Made by a program: the position numbers and the translations under genes. From assembly GCA_963806225.1 (NCBI GenBank), contig CAWDXG010000004.1, positions 4,000,001 through 4,064,000 of the forward strand: a DNA stretch of 64,000 bases, read 5' to 3'. The DNA comes from an uncultured delta proteobacterium (GTDB lineage: Bacteria > Myxococcota_A > Polyangia > Polyangiales > Polyangiaceae). Position 1 is the stretch's first letter, and every line of letters begins with the position of its first letter. Shown here piece by piece: positions 41,462-50,589 of the stretch. The notes under the pieces are model-generated. The model was not told the DNA's origin. It did no database searches and saw only the letters and a program-made list of their open reading frames with translations.

Positions 41462-41790
41462 CGAGCACGCGGACGGACGGAACCATGGAATCAGGGTTAT
41501 CGCCCGTCCGCGTGCTCGCGACCGAAACGGATGACCCGGTCTCCCCTCGGCCCAGCCCCCACGCGCGAACGCGCGGAAGCTCGACATCGGATACAGCCCG
41601 GAGTCGGTTCCGCCTCGGCAGCAAGGGTCGACCAGGCCCGAGGGCCTGGCCGGGTCCGGTGCCTTCCAGCACCGGGCCCCCCTTTGCCAGGAGAGCGGGG
41701 GGCGGGCCTTCCGGCTACGTCCGACCCCGGGTCTCGTGGACCCGGCTCCGGACCGGCCTTGGGCCTACGCCCTCCTGCCCCACTGCTTCA
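41462..41790 (-). ncRNA. Candidate structured RNA / 3' trailer of the histone-like gene
   Basis: At least six abutting stem-loops with minus-strand G-U pairs, UUCG and GGAA loops; no credible ORF. Confidence 0.45.
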
Positions 41791-41796
41791 GGCCGA

Positions 41797-41985
41797 TCAG
41801 GCCTTCTTCGCGCGGGTCTTCCGCTTCGCGGCCTTCTTGGCGCGCTTGGCGGTCTTCTTGCGCTTCGGGGCCTTCTTGGCGGCCTTCTTCGTGCGGCGCT
41901 TGGCCGTACGCTTCTTGGCAACCTTGGGGGCCTTCTTGGCAGCGGGCTTCCGGGCGGTCTTGGACTTGGTCTTCTTTGCGGCCAT
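41797..41985 (-). CDS. Histone H1-like Lys/Ala-rich small basic protein
   Basis: MAAKKTKSKTARKPAAKKAPK..., no acidic residues; GGAGG SD; AAG/GCC codon bias. Confidence 0.85.
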   Translation of the reverse strand: MAAKKTKSKTARKPAAKKAPKVAKKRTAKRRTKKAAKKAPKRKKTAKRAKKAAKRKTRAKKA

Positions 41986-42051
41986 TTTCTATTTGCCTCC
42001 TACGAGCATGGGAATCGGACAATGAAGCCCATCCCGAGGTATGTTGCACGA

Positions 42052-42081
42052 CGTATATTGCCACCTATTGTGATGTGTCAA
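42052..42081 (-). promoter_or_regulatory. Putative sigma70 promoter of the histone-like gene
   Basis: Perfect TTGACA (42081-42076) preceded by a T-tract in an AT-rich island; -10 region imperfect. Confidence 0.55.
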
Positions 42082-42324
42082 CGAAAAAAGTTCACATGAC
42101 TCTTGCGGGAAGACGCGGTGGAGCCATTGGAGGGCCGCAACGGGTGCGGACGGGGCACCTGTCTAGTGGTTCCGGGAGCCGGCCCGATCGAGTCACTCCG
42201 CCGACCGGGAGCCGGCCGGGCGTTCGGCGAAAAGTGGCGCGACCTCGGACACTTGACGCGCACCCCGCGGTCGGGATAGGCGAACCACCGCTCCCTCTCG
42301 GGACCCACGATCGGACAGCACAAG

Positions 42325-43152
42325 ATGCGTAGTTACGGGCTCACCAAGACCGGCCGGGCACTCATCGCCGTGGCGGTATCTTTTTTTGTGATCGGCTGCG
42401 GTTACTCGCAGGAGGAATGGGACCAGAAGGTCCGCGAGAACGAAAGCCTCCGGAACCAACTCGCGGCACAACGGCAAGCGCACAAGAAGTGCGAGGGTGA
42501 CTACGCCGACGCGTTGCACTCGATCGAGGATCTGAAGCGCAAGCTCAAGGAGCGCGGCGTCAACCTCGACAACCTGAGCGCCAGTCTCGAGCAGCAGAAG
42601 AAGGCGCTCGAAGAGTACAAGCGCCGCGCAGAGCAGCTCGACCAGATCCGCAAGCGCTTCGAGCTCCTGCGCGACAAGCTGCAGCAGCTCACCAAGCTCG
42701 GCTTGAAGGTCGAGGTGCGCGACAACCGCATGTTGATCCAGTTGCCGGGTGACGTGCTCTTCGACTCCGGATCGATTCGGCTGAAGAAGAACGGCAAGGA
42801 CATCCTCGGCAAGATCGCCGACGTGATCCGCAACGACCCGGACCTCGCGAAGCGCGAGTTCCAGGTCGCGGGGCATACCGACAACAAGCCGCTCAAGGGC
42901 GGGCCCTACAAGGACAACTGGGGCCTGTCGGCGATGCGCGCGCGTTCGGTGCTGACCTACCTGACTGGACCGACGGACGCGGGTGGCGGAGGACTCGACC
43001 CCAAGAACTGGAGCGCCGCCGGCTATGCCGACACCGATCCGGTTGCGAGCAACGACACGCCGGAAGGACGCCAGAAGAACCGCCGCGTCGAGCTCGTCGT
43101 CCAGCCAAACGTCGAGGAAATGCTCAACTTGAACAGCCTCGCTGGCAAGTGA
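42325..43152 (+). CDS. Coiled-coil OmpA/MotB family lipoprotein
   Basis: Lipobox VIGC; VLFDSG, GHTDN, NWGLSAMRA, RQKNRRVE. Confidence 0.9.
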   Translation: MRSYGLTKTGRALIAVAVSFFVIGCGYSQEEWDQKVRENESLRNQLAAQRQAHKKCEGDYADALHSIEDLKRKLKERGVNLDNLSASLEQQKKALEEYKRRAEQLDQIRKRFELLRDKLQQLTKLGLKVEVRDNRMLIQLPGDVLFDSGSIRLKKNGKDILGKIADVIRNDPDLAKREFQVAGHTDNKPLKGGPYKDNWGLSAMRARSVLTYLTGPTDAGGGGLDPKNWSAAGYADTDPVASNDTPEGRQKNRRVELVVQPNVEEMLNLNSLAGK

Positions 43153-43209
43153 GGCCGTGAGCTTCCGGCCGTCGGCTGAGTGCGCGGCGGACCGGGGGCT
43201 CTCGAGAAC

Positions 43210-44133
43210 ATGACGCGCGTCGCCGCCATCGACATCGGCACGAACTCGGTTCTGCTGGTCGTGGCAGAGCAGACCGCCGACGGCGTGCGTCCGCTCATCG
43301 AACGCGCCACCATCACGCGACTCGGCCAGGGCGTGGACCGCACCCGCCAGCTGGCGCCGGAAGCGCGCCAGCGCACGCTCGACTGCCTGTCGCACTACGC
43401 CGCGGACATCGCGCGCAGCGGCGTCGATCGGTTCAACGTCGTCGGCACCAGCGCGATGCGCGACGCGTCTGGCGGCGAACAGTTCGTCCGCGACGCCGCG
43501 CGCATCCTGGGACGCGCACCGCGCGTCATCGCGGGCAGCGAGGAAGCGCGACTGACCTTCATCGGCTCGCTGTCGGGGCTGGACGTCGACGGCGACGTGA
43601 TCGTCTTCGACGTCGGCGGCGGCAGCACGGAGATCATCGTCGGCAACGCAGCGCTCGGCTCGCTGCCGCACGTCGAGCGGGAACGCAGTCTCGACATCGG
43701 TAGCGTCCGGCTCTTCGAGCGTTACGTCACGAGCGATCCACCCGCAGAGGCCGAGCTCGAGCAAGCGCGCGCCGACGTCGTCGGCGCGCTGTCCGACGCT
43801 CCCCGACCTGTAGCCGGCGCCCGGCTCATCGGTGTCGCCGGAACCGTGACGACGCTGGCCGCGATCGAGCAGAAGCTCGACGACTACGACGCGGGGCTGG
43901 TGCACGGCGCGGCGCTGTCCCGCTCCAGCGTCGACGCGCTCGCATCGCGCCTCGCCTCGCAGCCGCTCGCCTCGCGGAAAATGCTGCCCGGGCTGCAACC
44001 GGAGCGTGCCGACGTGATCGTGACGGGAGCGCTGATCGTCGGCGAGGTGATGCGCTGGGCGTCGGCCGCCGTGCTCACCGTCTCGGATCGCGGAGTGCGC
44101 TGGGGCCTCGTCCAGCAGCTGTTCGGCGCCTGA
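43210..44133 (+). CDS. ppx: Ppx/GppA phosphatase
   Basis: IDIGTNS, TSAMRDA, EEARL, DVGGGSTE, RADVI, GVRWG. Confidence 0.93.
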   Translation: MTRVAAIDIGTNSVLLVVAEQTADGVRPLIERATITRLGQGVDRTRQLAPEARQRTLDCLSHYAADIARSGVDRFNVVGTSAMRDASGGEQFVRDAARILGRAPRVIAGSEEARLTFIGSLSGLDVDGDVIVFDVGGGSTEIIVGNAALGSLPHVERERSLDIGSVRLFERYVTSDPPAEAELEQARADVVGALSDAPRPVAGARLIGVAGTVTTLAAIEQKLDDYDAGLVHGAALSRSSVDALASRLASQPLASRKMLPGLQPERADVIVTGALIVGEVMRWASAAVLTVSDRGVRWGLVQQLFGA

Positions 44134-44222
44134 TCCACGCCGCAGCGGGGGGCTCCGGGGCGCGTCGCGAGCGGCGCACGAGCGCTGTTCGTCTGCAATT
44201 CCGGACGCTCGGCCAGTTTTAT

Positions 44223-44251
44223 TTGACCGCCGCGTAAGGTTCTGATATCTT
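44223..44251 (+). promoter_or_regulatory. cdnL distal sigma70 promoter
   Basis: TTGACC-N17-TATCTT with extended TG. Confidence 0.6.
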
Positions 44252-44360
44252 TTAGCTTGGTTGATGAGTGCGCGGGCGCAGCGGCGCCCTTCCTGATGGA
44301 TTCTGGGCATGCGAGAGAGCACAGCGGCCGCGCACCGGGGAGGACACAAAAACAGTTTTG

Positions 44361-44389
44361 TTGACAGTTCGAGACGCGCTGACTAGAGT
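44361..44389 (+). promoter_or_regulatory. cdnL proximal sigma70 promoter
   Basis: TTGACA-N17-TAGAGT with an upstream A/T tract. Confidence 0.7.
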
Positions 44390-44646
44390 GCCGCGCCTGG
44401 CGACTCATATCCTGAGATCGGCTCCCAGCGCCGCTTCCCGGGGGTGTCGCAGACCGCGGCCAGCGCCGTCTGTTGCGCGGCAGGGCGCCGCATCTCGGAA
44501 TGAACGACTTGTCCGGCACGTTGTTGTTGCTGCGCTCGCAGCGCCATCTGGCCGGTTTTCGAGCTTAACCCGTTTACAAGGTGCCGGTTCGTCGTGGCGC
44601 TCGTGAAGCGCCGACCGGAACACCGCGGTCCCATAAAGGAGACGTC

Positions 44647-45153
44647 ATGCAGGCAAGCCAGGAAATCGAGTTCAAGGTCGGCGACAAGGCCGTATATCCC
44701 GCACAGGGAGTGGCCGAGGTGATCAGCATCGATGAGAAGGACATCGCCGGCAACCGACAGCGCTTCTACGTGCTGCGCATCCTGGATACCGACCGCAAGA
44801 TCATGGTCCCTGTTTCCAACGCGAACGCGGTTGGCCTCCGGCAGGTGATCAGCGAGCAGGAGATCCGCGAGATCTTCGACATTCTCAAGGAGCGTACGAT
44901 CGGTTTCGACACGCAGACATGGAATCGCCGGTATCGCGGCTTCATGGACAAGATCAAGACCGGTTCGATCTACGACGTGGCCGAGGTGCTGCGCGATCTG
45001 TATCGCCTCAAGGCGAACAAGCAGCTCTCGTTCGGCGAGCGCCGCATGCTCGACACCGCGCGTTCGCTAATCGTCAAGGAGATCGCGATCGCACGCGAGC
45101 AGACTGAAGAACACGTGAAGAACGAGATCGAAGCGATCTTCTTCAGCAACTAG
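44647..45153 (+). CDS. cdnL: CarD/CdnL family RNA polymerase-binding regulator
   Basis: FKVGDKAVYPAQGV, IMVP, GLR, TWNRRYR, LSFGERRML; AAGGAG SD. Confidence 0.95.
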   Translation: MQASQEIEFKVGDKAVYPAQGVAEVISIDEKDIAGNRQRFYVLRILDTDRKIMVPVSNANAVGLRQVISEQEIREIFDILKERTIGFDTQTWNRRYRGFMDKIKTGSIYDVAEVLRDLYRLKANKQLSFGERRMLDTARSLIVKEIAIAREQTEEHVKNEIEAIFFSN

Positions 45154-45241
45154 CCGCGCTCGCGCGACAGCGCGCGACCCGGAAGGCAAACGGCGCAGGC
45201 CCACATAGCCTGCGCCGTTTTTCTTTGTGTGCGCCGCGCGA

Positions 45242-45748
45242 CTACTTCGAGTCTTCCATGGTGTCGCGCTTCTCGATGGGCGGGAGTGGCGGGAGCTCGA
45301 GCACGACGCGCCAGCGGCCGTCTTCCTTCACACACTTGATGTCAGCGCGCTGCGCGTCCGGCTCCTCGCCGGTCACGGTCACGACCGCCCAGTCGCCATC
45401 GATGCGCATCGTCTCGTGACGTGGCTTGAAGCGCAGCGAGAAGCGCGACGGCGCGATCATCTCTTCGGGTGCCACCTTGCGACCGGCCACCGCGCTGGCG
45501 CGTTTGGCGCGCTCGGCCAGGTTCTTCTGCGCCTCGGACCAGAGCAGGTCGTACGCGGCGCGCGCCGCGTGGGGATCTCCGTGAACGCGCTTCATGCGCT
45601 CGAGGAATTCCTTCACCACCGTGTCCGGCTGTGCATCCACCGGCTCCGACTCGCAGCCCGCCACGCACACGACTACGCCCGCGACGGCGAGCGGAACCGC
45701 GACGCGCAGCACCAGGGGCAGCGCCAGCCGATGGATACGGAACACCAC
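45242..45748 (-). CDS. Hypothetical lipoprotein (NTF2-like fold possible)
   Basis: VAGC lipobox; C-terminal [10 protein letters not shown]. Confidence 0.7.
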   Translation of the reverse strand: MVFRIHRLALPLVLRVAVPLAVAGVVVCVAGCESEPVDAQPDTVVKEFLERMKRVHGDPHAARAAYDLLWSEAQKNLAERAKRASAVAGRKVAPEEMIAPSRFSLRFKPRHETMRIDGDWAVVTVTGEEPDAQRADIKCVKEDGRWRVVLELPPLPPIEKRDTMEDSK

Positions 45749-45838
45749 GTCGGCACTGTGACTAGCCCCGCGCCGGGAGCCGGGCAAGGCCCGCGAATTT
45801 GGCCCTCCTGTTTGCCCCCCAGCTACGATTTCATCTGA

Positions 45839-46873
45839 ATGAAAGCGCCGGCCTCGTCGATCCGACTCCACTGGACTGGCCGCTCCGGGCCAAACCCCGG
45901 GCCGGCGGGCGATCTCAGGCTCCACCGCCACGGCCATCCATCGTGCATGCTGCTGCACGGCGACAACCTCCTGGCGATGCGGGCGCTGGTAGAACGCGGC
46001 GCGCGGTTCACCTTCGCCTATCTCGATCCGCCCTTTTTCACGGGCCGCCAACACACGCGGGTGAAGCGCGGGCGCGATCGCGAGGGTCGCATCGTGCGCG
46101 AGCTCCGCCCCGCGTTCGACGACCGCTGGGAGAACCTCGAGGAGTATCTCTCGGCGCTGCACGACCGCGTGGTGGCCGCGCGCGAGCTGCTCACTCCCGA
46201 CGGCTGCCTGGTACTGCACATCGATCCGAAGACCAGCCACTACGCCAAGGTGCTGTGCGACGAGGTGTTCGGCGCGCGCGCGTTCGCCAGCGAGATCGTC
46301 TGGCGGTACCGGCGCTGGCCGTCGCGCACGCCGAACTTCCAGCGCGTGCACGACGTGCTCTTGCGCTACGTGCGCGACCCCGACGTAAAGCCGCGCTTCC
46401 ACCAGCTCTACGAGCCCCTGGCGCCGTCCACACTCGCCACCTGGGGAGACAGGAAGCAACGCGCCGTCGTGGAAGACGGTCGTCGCTCGCGCTCCAGCCG
46501 CACCGAGGAGGCGACTCCGGGCACTCCGATGGGCGATGTCTGGGACATCGGCATCGTCGCCCCCGTCGCGCGCGAGCGCACCGGCTACCCTACCCAGAAG
46601 CCCGAAGCGCTGCTGACGCGCCTGATCGAGGCGTGCACGCAGCCCGGCGATCTCGTGCTCGATCCGTACGCCGGCAGCGGTACCACGCTGTCCGTGTGCA
46701 CGAAGCTCGGACGCCGCGTGGTCGGCATCGACGAGAGCCCGGAAGCCTCGCGCATCACGCGCAAGCGTCTGCGCGCCCAGGGCGTGCGTCCGCTGGAAGA
46801 ACGCGTCGTCGAAGCAGACGCGAAGAGCGGCGTGCATGCCAGCGCGCCGCGGGCGCGGCGCGCCGCGGGCTAG
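45839..46873 (+). CDS. Site-specific DNA methyltransferase (N6/N4, beta class), orphan
   Basis: [32 protein letters not shown]. Confidence 0.92.
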   Translation: MKAPASSIRLHWTGRSGPNPGPAGDLRLHRHGHPSCMLLHGDNLLAMRALVERGARFTFAYLDPPFFTGRQHTRVKRGRDREGRIVRELRPAFDDRWENLEEYLSALHDRVVAARELLTPDGCLVLHIDPKTSHYAKVLCDEVFGARAFASEIVWRYRRWPSRTPNFQRVHDVLLRYVRDPDVKPRFHQLYEPLAPSTLATWGDRKQRAVVEDGRRSRSSRTEEATPGTPMGDVWDIGIVAPVARERTGYPTQKPEALLTRLIEACTQPGDLVLDPYAGSGTTLSVCTKLGRRVVGIDESPEASRITRKRLRAQGVRPLEERVVEADAKSGVHASAPRARRAAG

Positions 46874-46912
46874 CGCGTTGCGGGCCGGTCGGCGTGACAC
46901 TACCCTGCTGTC

Positions 46913-47374
46913 GTGCCGCGCAAGCCGTCACGCGCAGAAGCCCCGACGAACCGTCGCGCCAGCCCGGAGGCGATCGCGAAGCGCCGCGCCGCGCGCGCCT
47001 TCAATGATCTACTCGACCCGTCCGGATCGGGGCGGCTCGACGGCCGCACCGAGAAGCGGCGCCGGCGCCTCCTCTCCGAGCTTGAAGCGGGGCGGCGACG
47101 CGGCTCGAAGCGCGAGCTGAAGCCCGTCGAGCTCCTGACGCGCATCGACGAGCTGCTCGGCCTCGGCGAGTCGCCCGCCACGCTGCGCAAGGTGCTCAAG
47201 CCGCGCCAGTTTCCCGCCGAACCGGGTGCGCTGGTGGGCGTGCTCAAGCGCCTGCACGAGGCGTACGGGTTCCGCCCCGAGGCCTATCGGTTTCTGGGTC
47301 TGGACGACGCCGTGCTCCGTTCCGCGGGCGTGCTGCCGCCGAGCGGGCGAAACCGGCGGCAGAGCGCCGACTGA
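46913..47374 (+). CDS. Hypothetical basic protein
   Basis: ORF with GC3 bias; TACCCT box 6 nt upstream. Confidence 0.7.
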   Translation: MPRKPSRAEAPTNRRASPEAIAKRRAARAFNDLLDPSGSGRLDGRTEKRRRRLLSELEAGRRRGSKRELKPVELLTRIDELLGLGESPATLRKVLKPRQFPAEPGALVGVLKRLHEAYGFRPEAYRFLGLDDAVLRSAGVLPPSGRNRRQSAD

Positions 47375-47421
47375 TCCGGCGCTATTTGCGAATCCCGCTC
47401 GTTGATCTAGAACGCCGGGCA

Positions 47422-48423
47422 ATGCGTCCGGGTCGAATCGCGTTGATCGCAGCGCTGCTTGCCGCCGCGCTGCTCGTTCCGCCGCGCTTGGCGGTCGCCG
47501 AAAGCGGCGACGCCGTGATCGCGACGATTGGCAACGCGAAGTTGACCGTCGCGGATGTGCAACGCCGGCTGAGACGCGTGCCGACGTTCCAGCTCAAGAC
47601 CTACGGCAAGACGCCCCGCGAGATCCGGGAGAACTTCGTCAAGAAGGTGATGATCCCGGAGGTGCTCTACGCCCAGGAGGCGCGGCGCCGCAAGCTCGAC
47701 GACAAGCCGAAAGTGGCGACCCGCATCCGCGGTGTGCTGCGCTCGGCGATGATCAAGGCGCTCGAGGTGGAGGTCCAGAAGAGCGACCCGATCGCCGACG
47801 AGCAGATCCGCATCTACTACCGGGCACACAAGGCGGAGTTCAACACGCCCCGGCGCATCCGCATCTGGCGCATCCTGGTGGCGGACAAGGCGGCCGCCGA
47901 GAAGATCATCCAGCAGGTCCAGGGAACGGAAGGCCCCCAGCTCTGGAGCAAGATCGCGCGCTTCGAGTCAGTGGACAAAGCCACCTCCATGAGGAACGGC
48001 AATCTCGGCTTCGTGCGCCCCGATGGCCGCACCGGAACGCCACGCGTACGGGTCGATCCGGCGCTGTTCGCGGCTGCCGACAAGGTGAAGGACGGGCAGC
48101 TCGTCCCCGAACCGGTCGCCGAAGGCAAGCAGTGGGCAGTGGTGTGGCGGCGCGGCAGCATGCCCGCCGTGCAGCGCTCCCTGGAGGACGAATCCTCGTC
48201 GATCCGTCACGTGCTGTGGCGGAAGCGGATGGAAGCGGCGACCAGCGGGCTCTTGGCCAAGCTCGAGAAGGAACACGTCAGCGAGCGGAACGACAAGCTG
48301 CTCCAGTACGTGGACGTGAGCGACGTGGGGGACGTGGGCACGCGCCAGCGGCCCGGCCTGCTGCCGCGCCGCCACCCGCGCGGCAGCCCCGTCCCCAAGG
48401 CGTCGGAGCACGGGCTGCGCTAG
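47422..48423 (+). CDS. PpiC/PrsA-type peptidyl-prolyl isomerase
   Basis: Signal peptide, VIATIG, RIWRILV, NGNLGFV. Confidence 0.8.
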   Translation: MRPGRIALIAALLAAALLVPPRLAVAESGDAVIATIGNAKLTVADVQRRLRRVPTFQLKTYGKTPREIRENFVKKVMIPEVLYAQEARRRKLDDKPKVATRIRGVLRSAMIKALEVEVQKSDPIADEQIRIYYRAHKAEFNTPRRIRIWRILVADKAAAEKIIQQVQGTEGPQLWSKIARFESVDKATSMRNGNLGFVRPDGRTGTPRVRVDPALFAAADKVKDGQLVPEPVAEGKQWAVVWRRGSMPAVQRSLEDESSSIRHVLWRKRMEAATSGLLAKLEKEHVSERNDKLLQYVDVSDVGDVGTRQRPGLLPRRHPRGSPVPKASEHGLR

Positions 48424-48433
48424 CCCGCCTGCG

Positions 48434-48886
48434 CTACGGCACCTTCGGCAGCGGCCAGCCGAGCTCCTTGAACACGCCGCGCATGATGGCCTCTTCTTTC
48501 TGGGCCTTCTGCAGGTACACGAAGAACCGGGCCCGGTCCCCCTCCGCCGCGAACTTCGCCGCACGCTCGTAGTTCTCGAGCACCAGGAGCACGTGGGGAT
48601 GCGCCTGCCGGACTTCTTTCGGCACCTGCATCGTGCTCGCCGCTTCCAGCCGCGCGGAGGCCATCTCGTGCACAACGTGCGCGAGCTCGCGGTCGGACAA
48701 GCGCCTCTTCAGATAGTTCGTTTCGCGGTCCGCCTGCGAGATGAGCAGCGCGGCGCGATCCATGTACGTCCCGGCGAAGGCCGGCGCCGCAACCAGCAGG
48801 GCGCCCAGCGCAAGTGCGAGCGCGAGCAGCGCGCGGCGGCTGCCGCGCGCGATGAAAGGCGAACGTCGTCGATGCAGCATGTTCAC
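48434..48886 (-). CDS. Hypothetical secreted helical protein
   Basis: Signal peptide ending PAFA; ATGA overlap with rnc. Confidence 0.7.
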   Translation of the reverse strand: MNMLHRRRSPFIARGSRRALLALALALGALLVAAPAFAGTYMDRAALLISQADRETNYLKRRLSDRELAHVVHEMASARLEAASTMQVPKEVRQAHPHVLLVLENYERAAKFAAEGDRARFFVYLQKAQKEEAIMRGVFKELGWPLPKVP

Positions 48887-49617
48887 TCGTCCTTTTCGCC
48901 CGGCGCGTCCGGTGCCTCGTCTTCACGGCTGAGGCCCGGCGCGCGCTTCCAGCCTCCGCTGTCGAGAGCCGCGTGGGCCGCGGCGCGCTCGGCGCTGCGC
49001 TTCGAGCTGCCGCGACCCTGCGCCACGGCCTCGCCGCCAACGCACACCGCGACCTCGAACCAGCGATCGTGGGCCGGTCCGCCGCTGTCGACGACCCGGT
49101 ACGTTGGCGGCTCGCCGCCCAGCGCCTGCACGCGCTCCTGCAGCTCGCTCTTCGGGTCACGCGCGCCGTCGTCGCGTAGCCGCTCCAGCGCGCCGCCTAC
49201 GACCGTCCTGCACGCGCTGCGCGCCGTCTCCAGGCCGCCGTCGAGGTACGCCGCCGCGATCAGCGCTTCCACCGCGTCCGCGAGCACGTTCTTGCTGTCG
49301 CGCAGTCCCCCCGCTTCCGCCCCCCGACCCAGCAGGAGCGCAGCGGACAGGTCGATACTGCGCGCCCAGGCGGCGAGCGCGTCCGCGTTGACCAGGTCGG
49401 CCCGCATGCGCGTCAGGGTGCCCTCGTTGGCCCCCGGAAAGCGCTGGTAGAGCAGGTCGCTGGTGACGAAGCCAAGCACCGCGTCACCCAGGAACTCGAG
49501 GCGCTGGTTGTCCGCCGCCGAGCGCTGCTCGTTGGCGTAGCTGGGGTGCGTCAACGCCTGGACGAGGTGCGGCGCGTCGGGCGGAAGCCCGAACAGCTCG
49601 GCAATGGTCTCCGGCAT
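48883..49617 (-). CDS. rnc: Ribonuclease III
   Basis: ALTHPS, NQRLEFLGDAVL, ADAVEALIAA, dsRBD DPKSELQE. Confidence 0.97.
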   Translation of the reverse strand: MPETIAELFGLPPDAPHLVQALTHPSYANEQRSAADNQRLEFLGDAVLGFVTSDLLYQRFPGANEGTLTRMRADLVNADALAAWARSIDLSAALLLGRGAEAGGLRDSKNVLADAVEALIAAAYLDGGLETARSACRTVVGGALERLRDDGARDPKSELQERVQALGGEPPTYRVVDSGGPAHDRWFEVAVCVGGEAVAQGRGSSKRSAERAAAHAALDSGGWKRAPGLSREDEAPDAPGEKDE

Positions 49618-49686
49618 GGCAAGCCGGGCTAGGCTAGCGGACCCGGCGCGGAAATCACGCCGATCCTGCGATCAGTACCCCGCTTG

Positions 49687-49724
49687 TGTGTCATTTTGCC
49701 ACATAAGCGTAGCAAAATGCCACA
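49687..49724. promoter_or_regulatory. Tandem imperfect 17-bp palindromic operator
   Basis: TGTGTCATTTTGCCACA and CGTAGCAAAATGCCACA with a 21-bp period. Confidence 0.6.
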
Positions 49725-49857
49725 ACGGTCGGCCGGGGGAACCCGGAGCGGTTCGCTGCTGTCGGGTCCATACGATGGCCTGCAGACCCCTCGAGAGGAC
49801 GGCCGGCGACGCGGGAGGCCGACGGTGACCCCGCGCCTGGTGAGCTATGCTGGTTCG

Positions 49858-50526
49858 ATGGCGCGCCTGCTCGCATGCCCGTTCTGCCGCGAGCTGTACG
49901 CCGAGAACGAGACGCGGCGCTGCCCCGAGTGCGGCGTCAACCTGCAGCCGATGGACCAGCTGCCGCCGTCCCTGGAGCAGCTTCACCAGGAAGCGCTGGA
50001 AGGCGACATGACGCTTCCCGAGGACCGGCCGCTGCCCTGGACGTACCTGGCGCGGGGACGCGGCGCGCTGCTGGTGCTGGCGGTGCTCGGACTGATCGCG
50101 TTCTTCCTGCCCTGGGTTGTGATGCGCAAGCCCGAAGTCGCGACCTTCAGCGGCTTCGACCTGGCACGCGGTCGCGGCGGGTGGCTGTGGGGCGGCGCCG
50201 TCGCCTGGTTCGTGATGATCCCGCTCGTCGCAACGCGTCGGACGATCTCGCGCATGCGCGGGGTGCGCATCATCACTGTGCTCTTCGCTGCGATGACGCT
50301 GGGCGAGGTCGGCATGCTGATGTCGTTGCCGCCGTCATCCAGCCGTTTCGTGACGGTGGACTTCTCCTGGGGGTGGGGCCTGTACTTGAGTGGCATCATC
50401 GCGACGCTGGGCGTCATTGCCGCTGCGCGCTTCGGCGGAAAGCTGGACGATCTCCCCGCATTGCCTTGGGAAAAGTCCGAAGACACCGTCCACACGGACA
50501 CCAGCGCGGGGCACACGCTCCACTAG
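49858..50526 (+). CDS. Zn-ribbon membrane protein
   Basis: CPFC..CPEC followed by four TM segments. Confidence 0.75.
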   Translation: MARLLACPFCRELYAENETRRCPECGVNLQPMDQLPPSLEQLHQEALEGDMTLPEDRPLPWTYLARGRGALLVLAVLGLIAFFLPWVVMRKPEVATFSGFDLARGRGGWLWGGAVAWFVMIPLVATRRTISRMRGVRIITVLFAAMTLGEVGMLMSLPPSSSRFVTVDFSWGWGLYLSGIIATLGVIAAARFGGKLDDLPALPWEKSEDTVHTDTSAGHTLH

Positions 50527-50589
50527 CCGGGCCGGCATGTCCCGGCGCCGGCTATCGCCGAAGACCGCGCAACGTGCTAGCGCTGGATC

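Noticed and set aside
41340..41790. Identification as RNase P, tmRNA, SRP RNA or retron msr-msd
   Set aside because: No GAGGAAAGUCC, no tRNA-like ends, no SRP GGAAGG/AGCAG helix and no reverse transcriptase nearby
42325..43152. MotB-like gene plus FliH as evidence of flagella
   Set aside because: The protein is a coiled-coil lipoprotein without the MotB TM Asp, and no other flagellar genes are present
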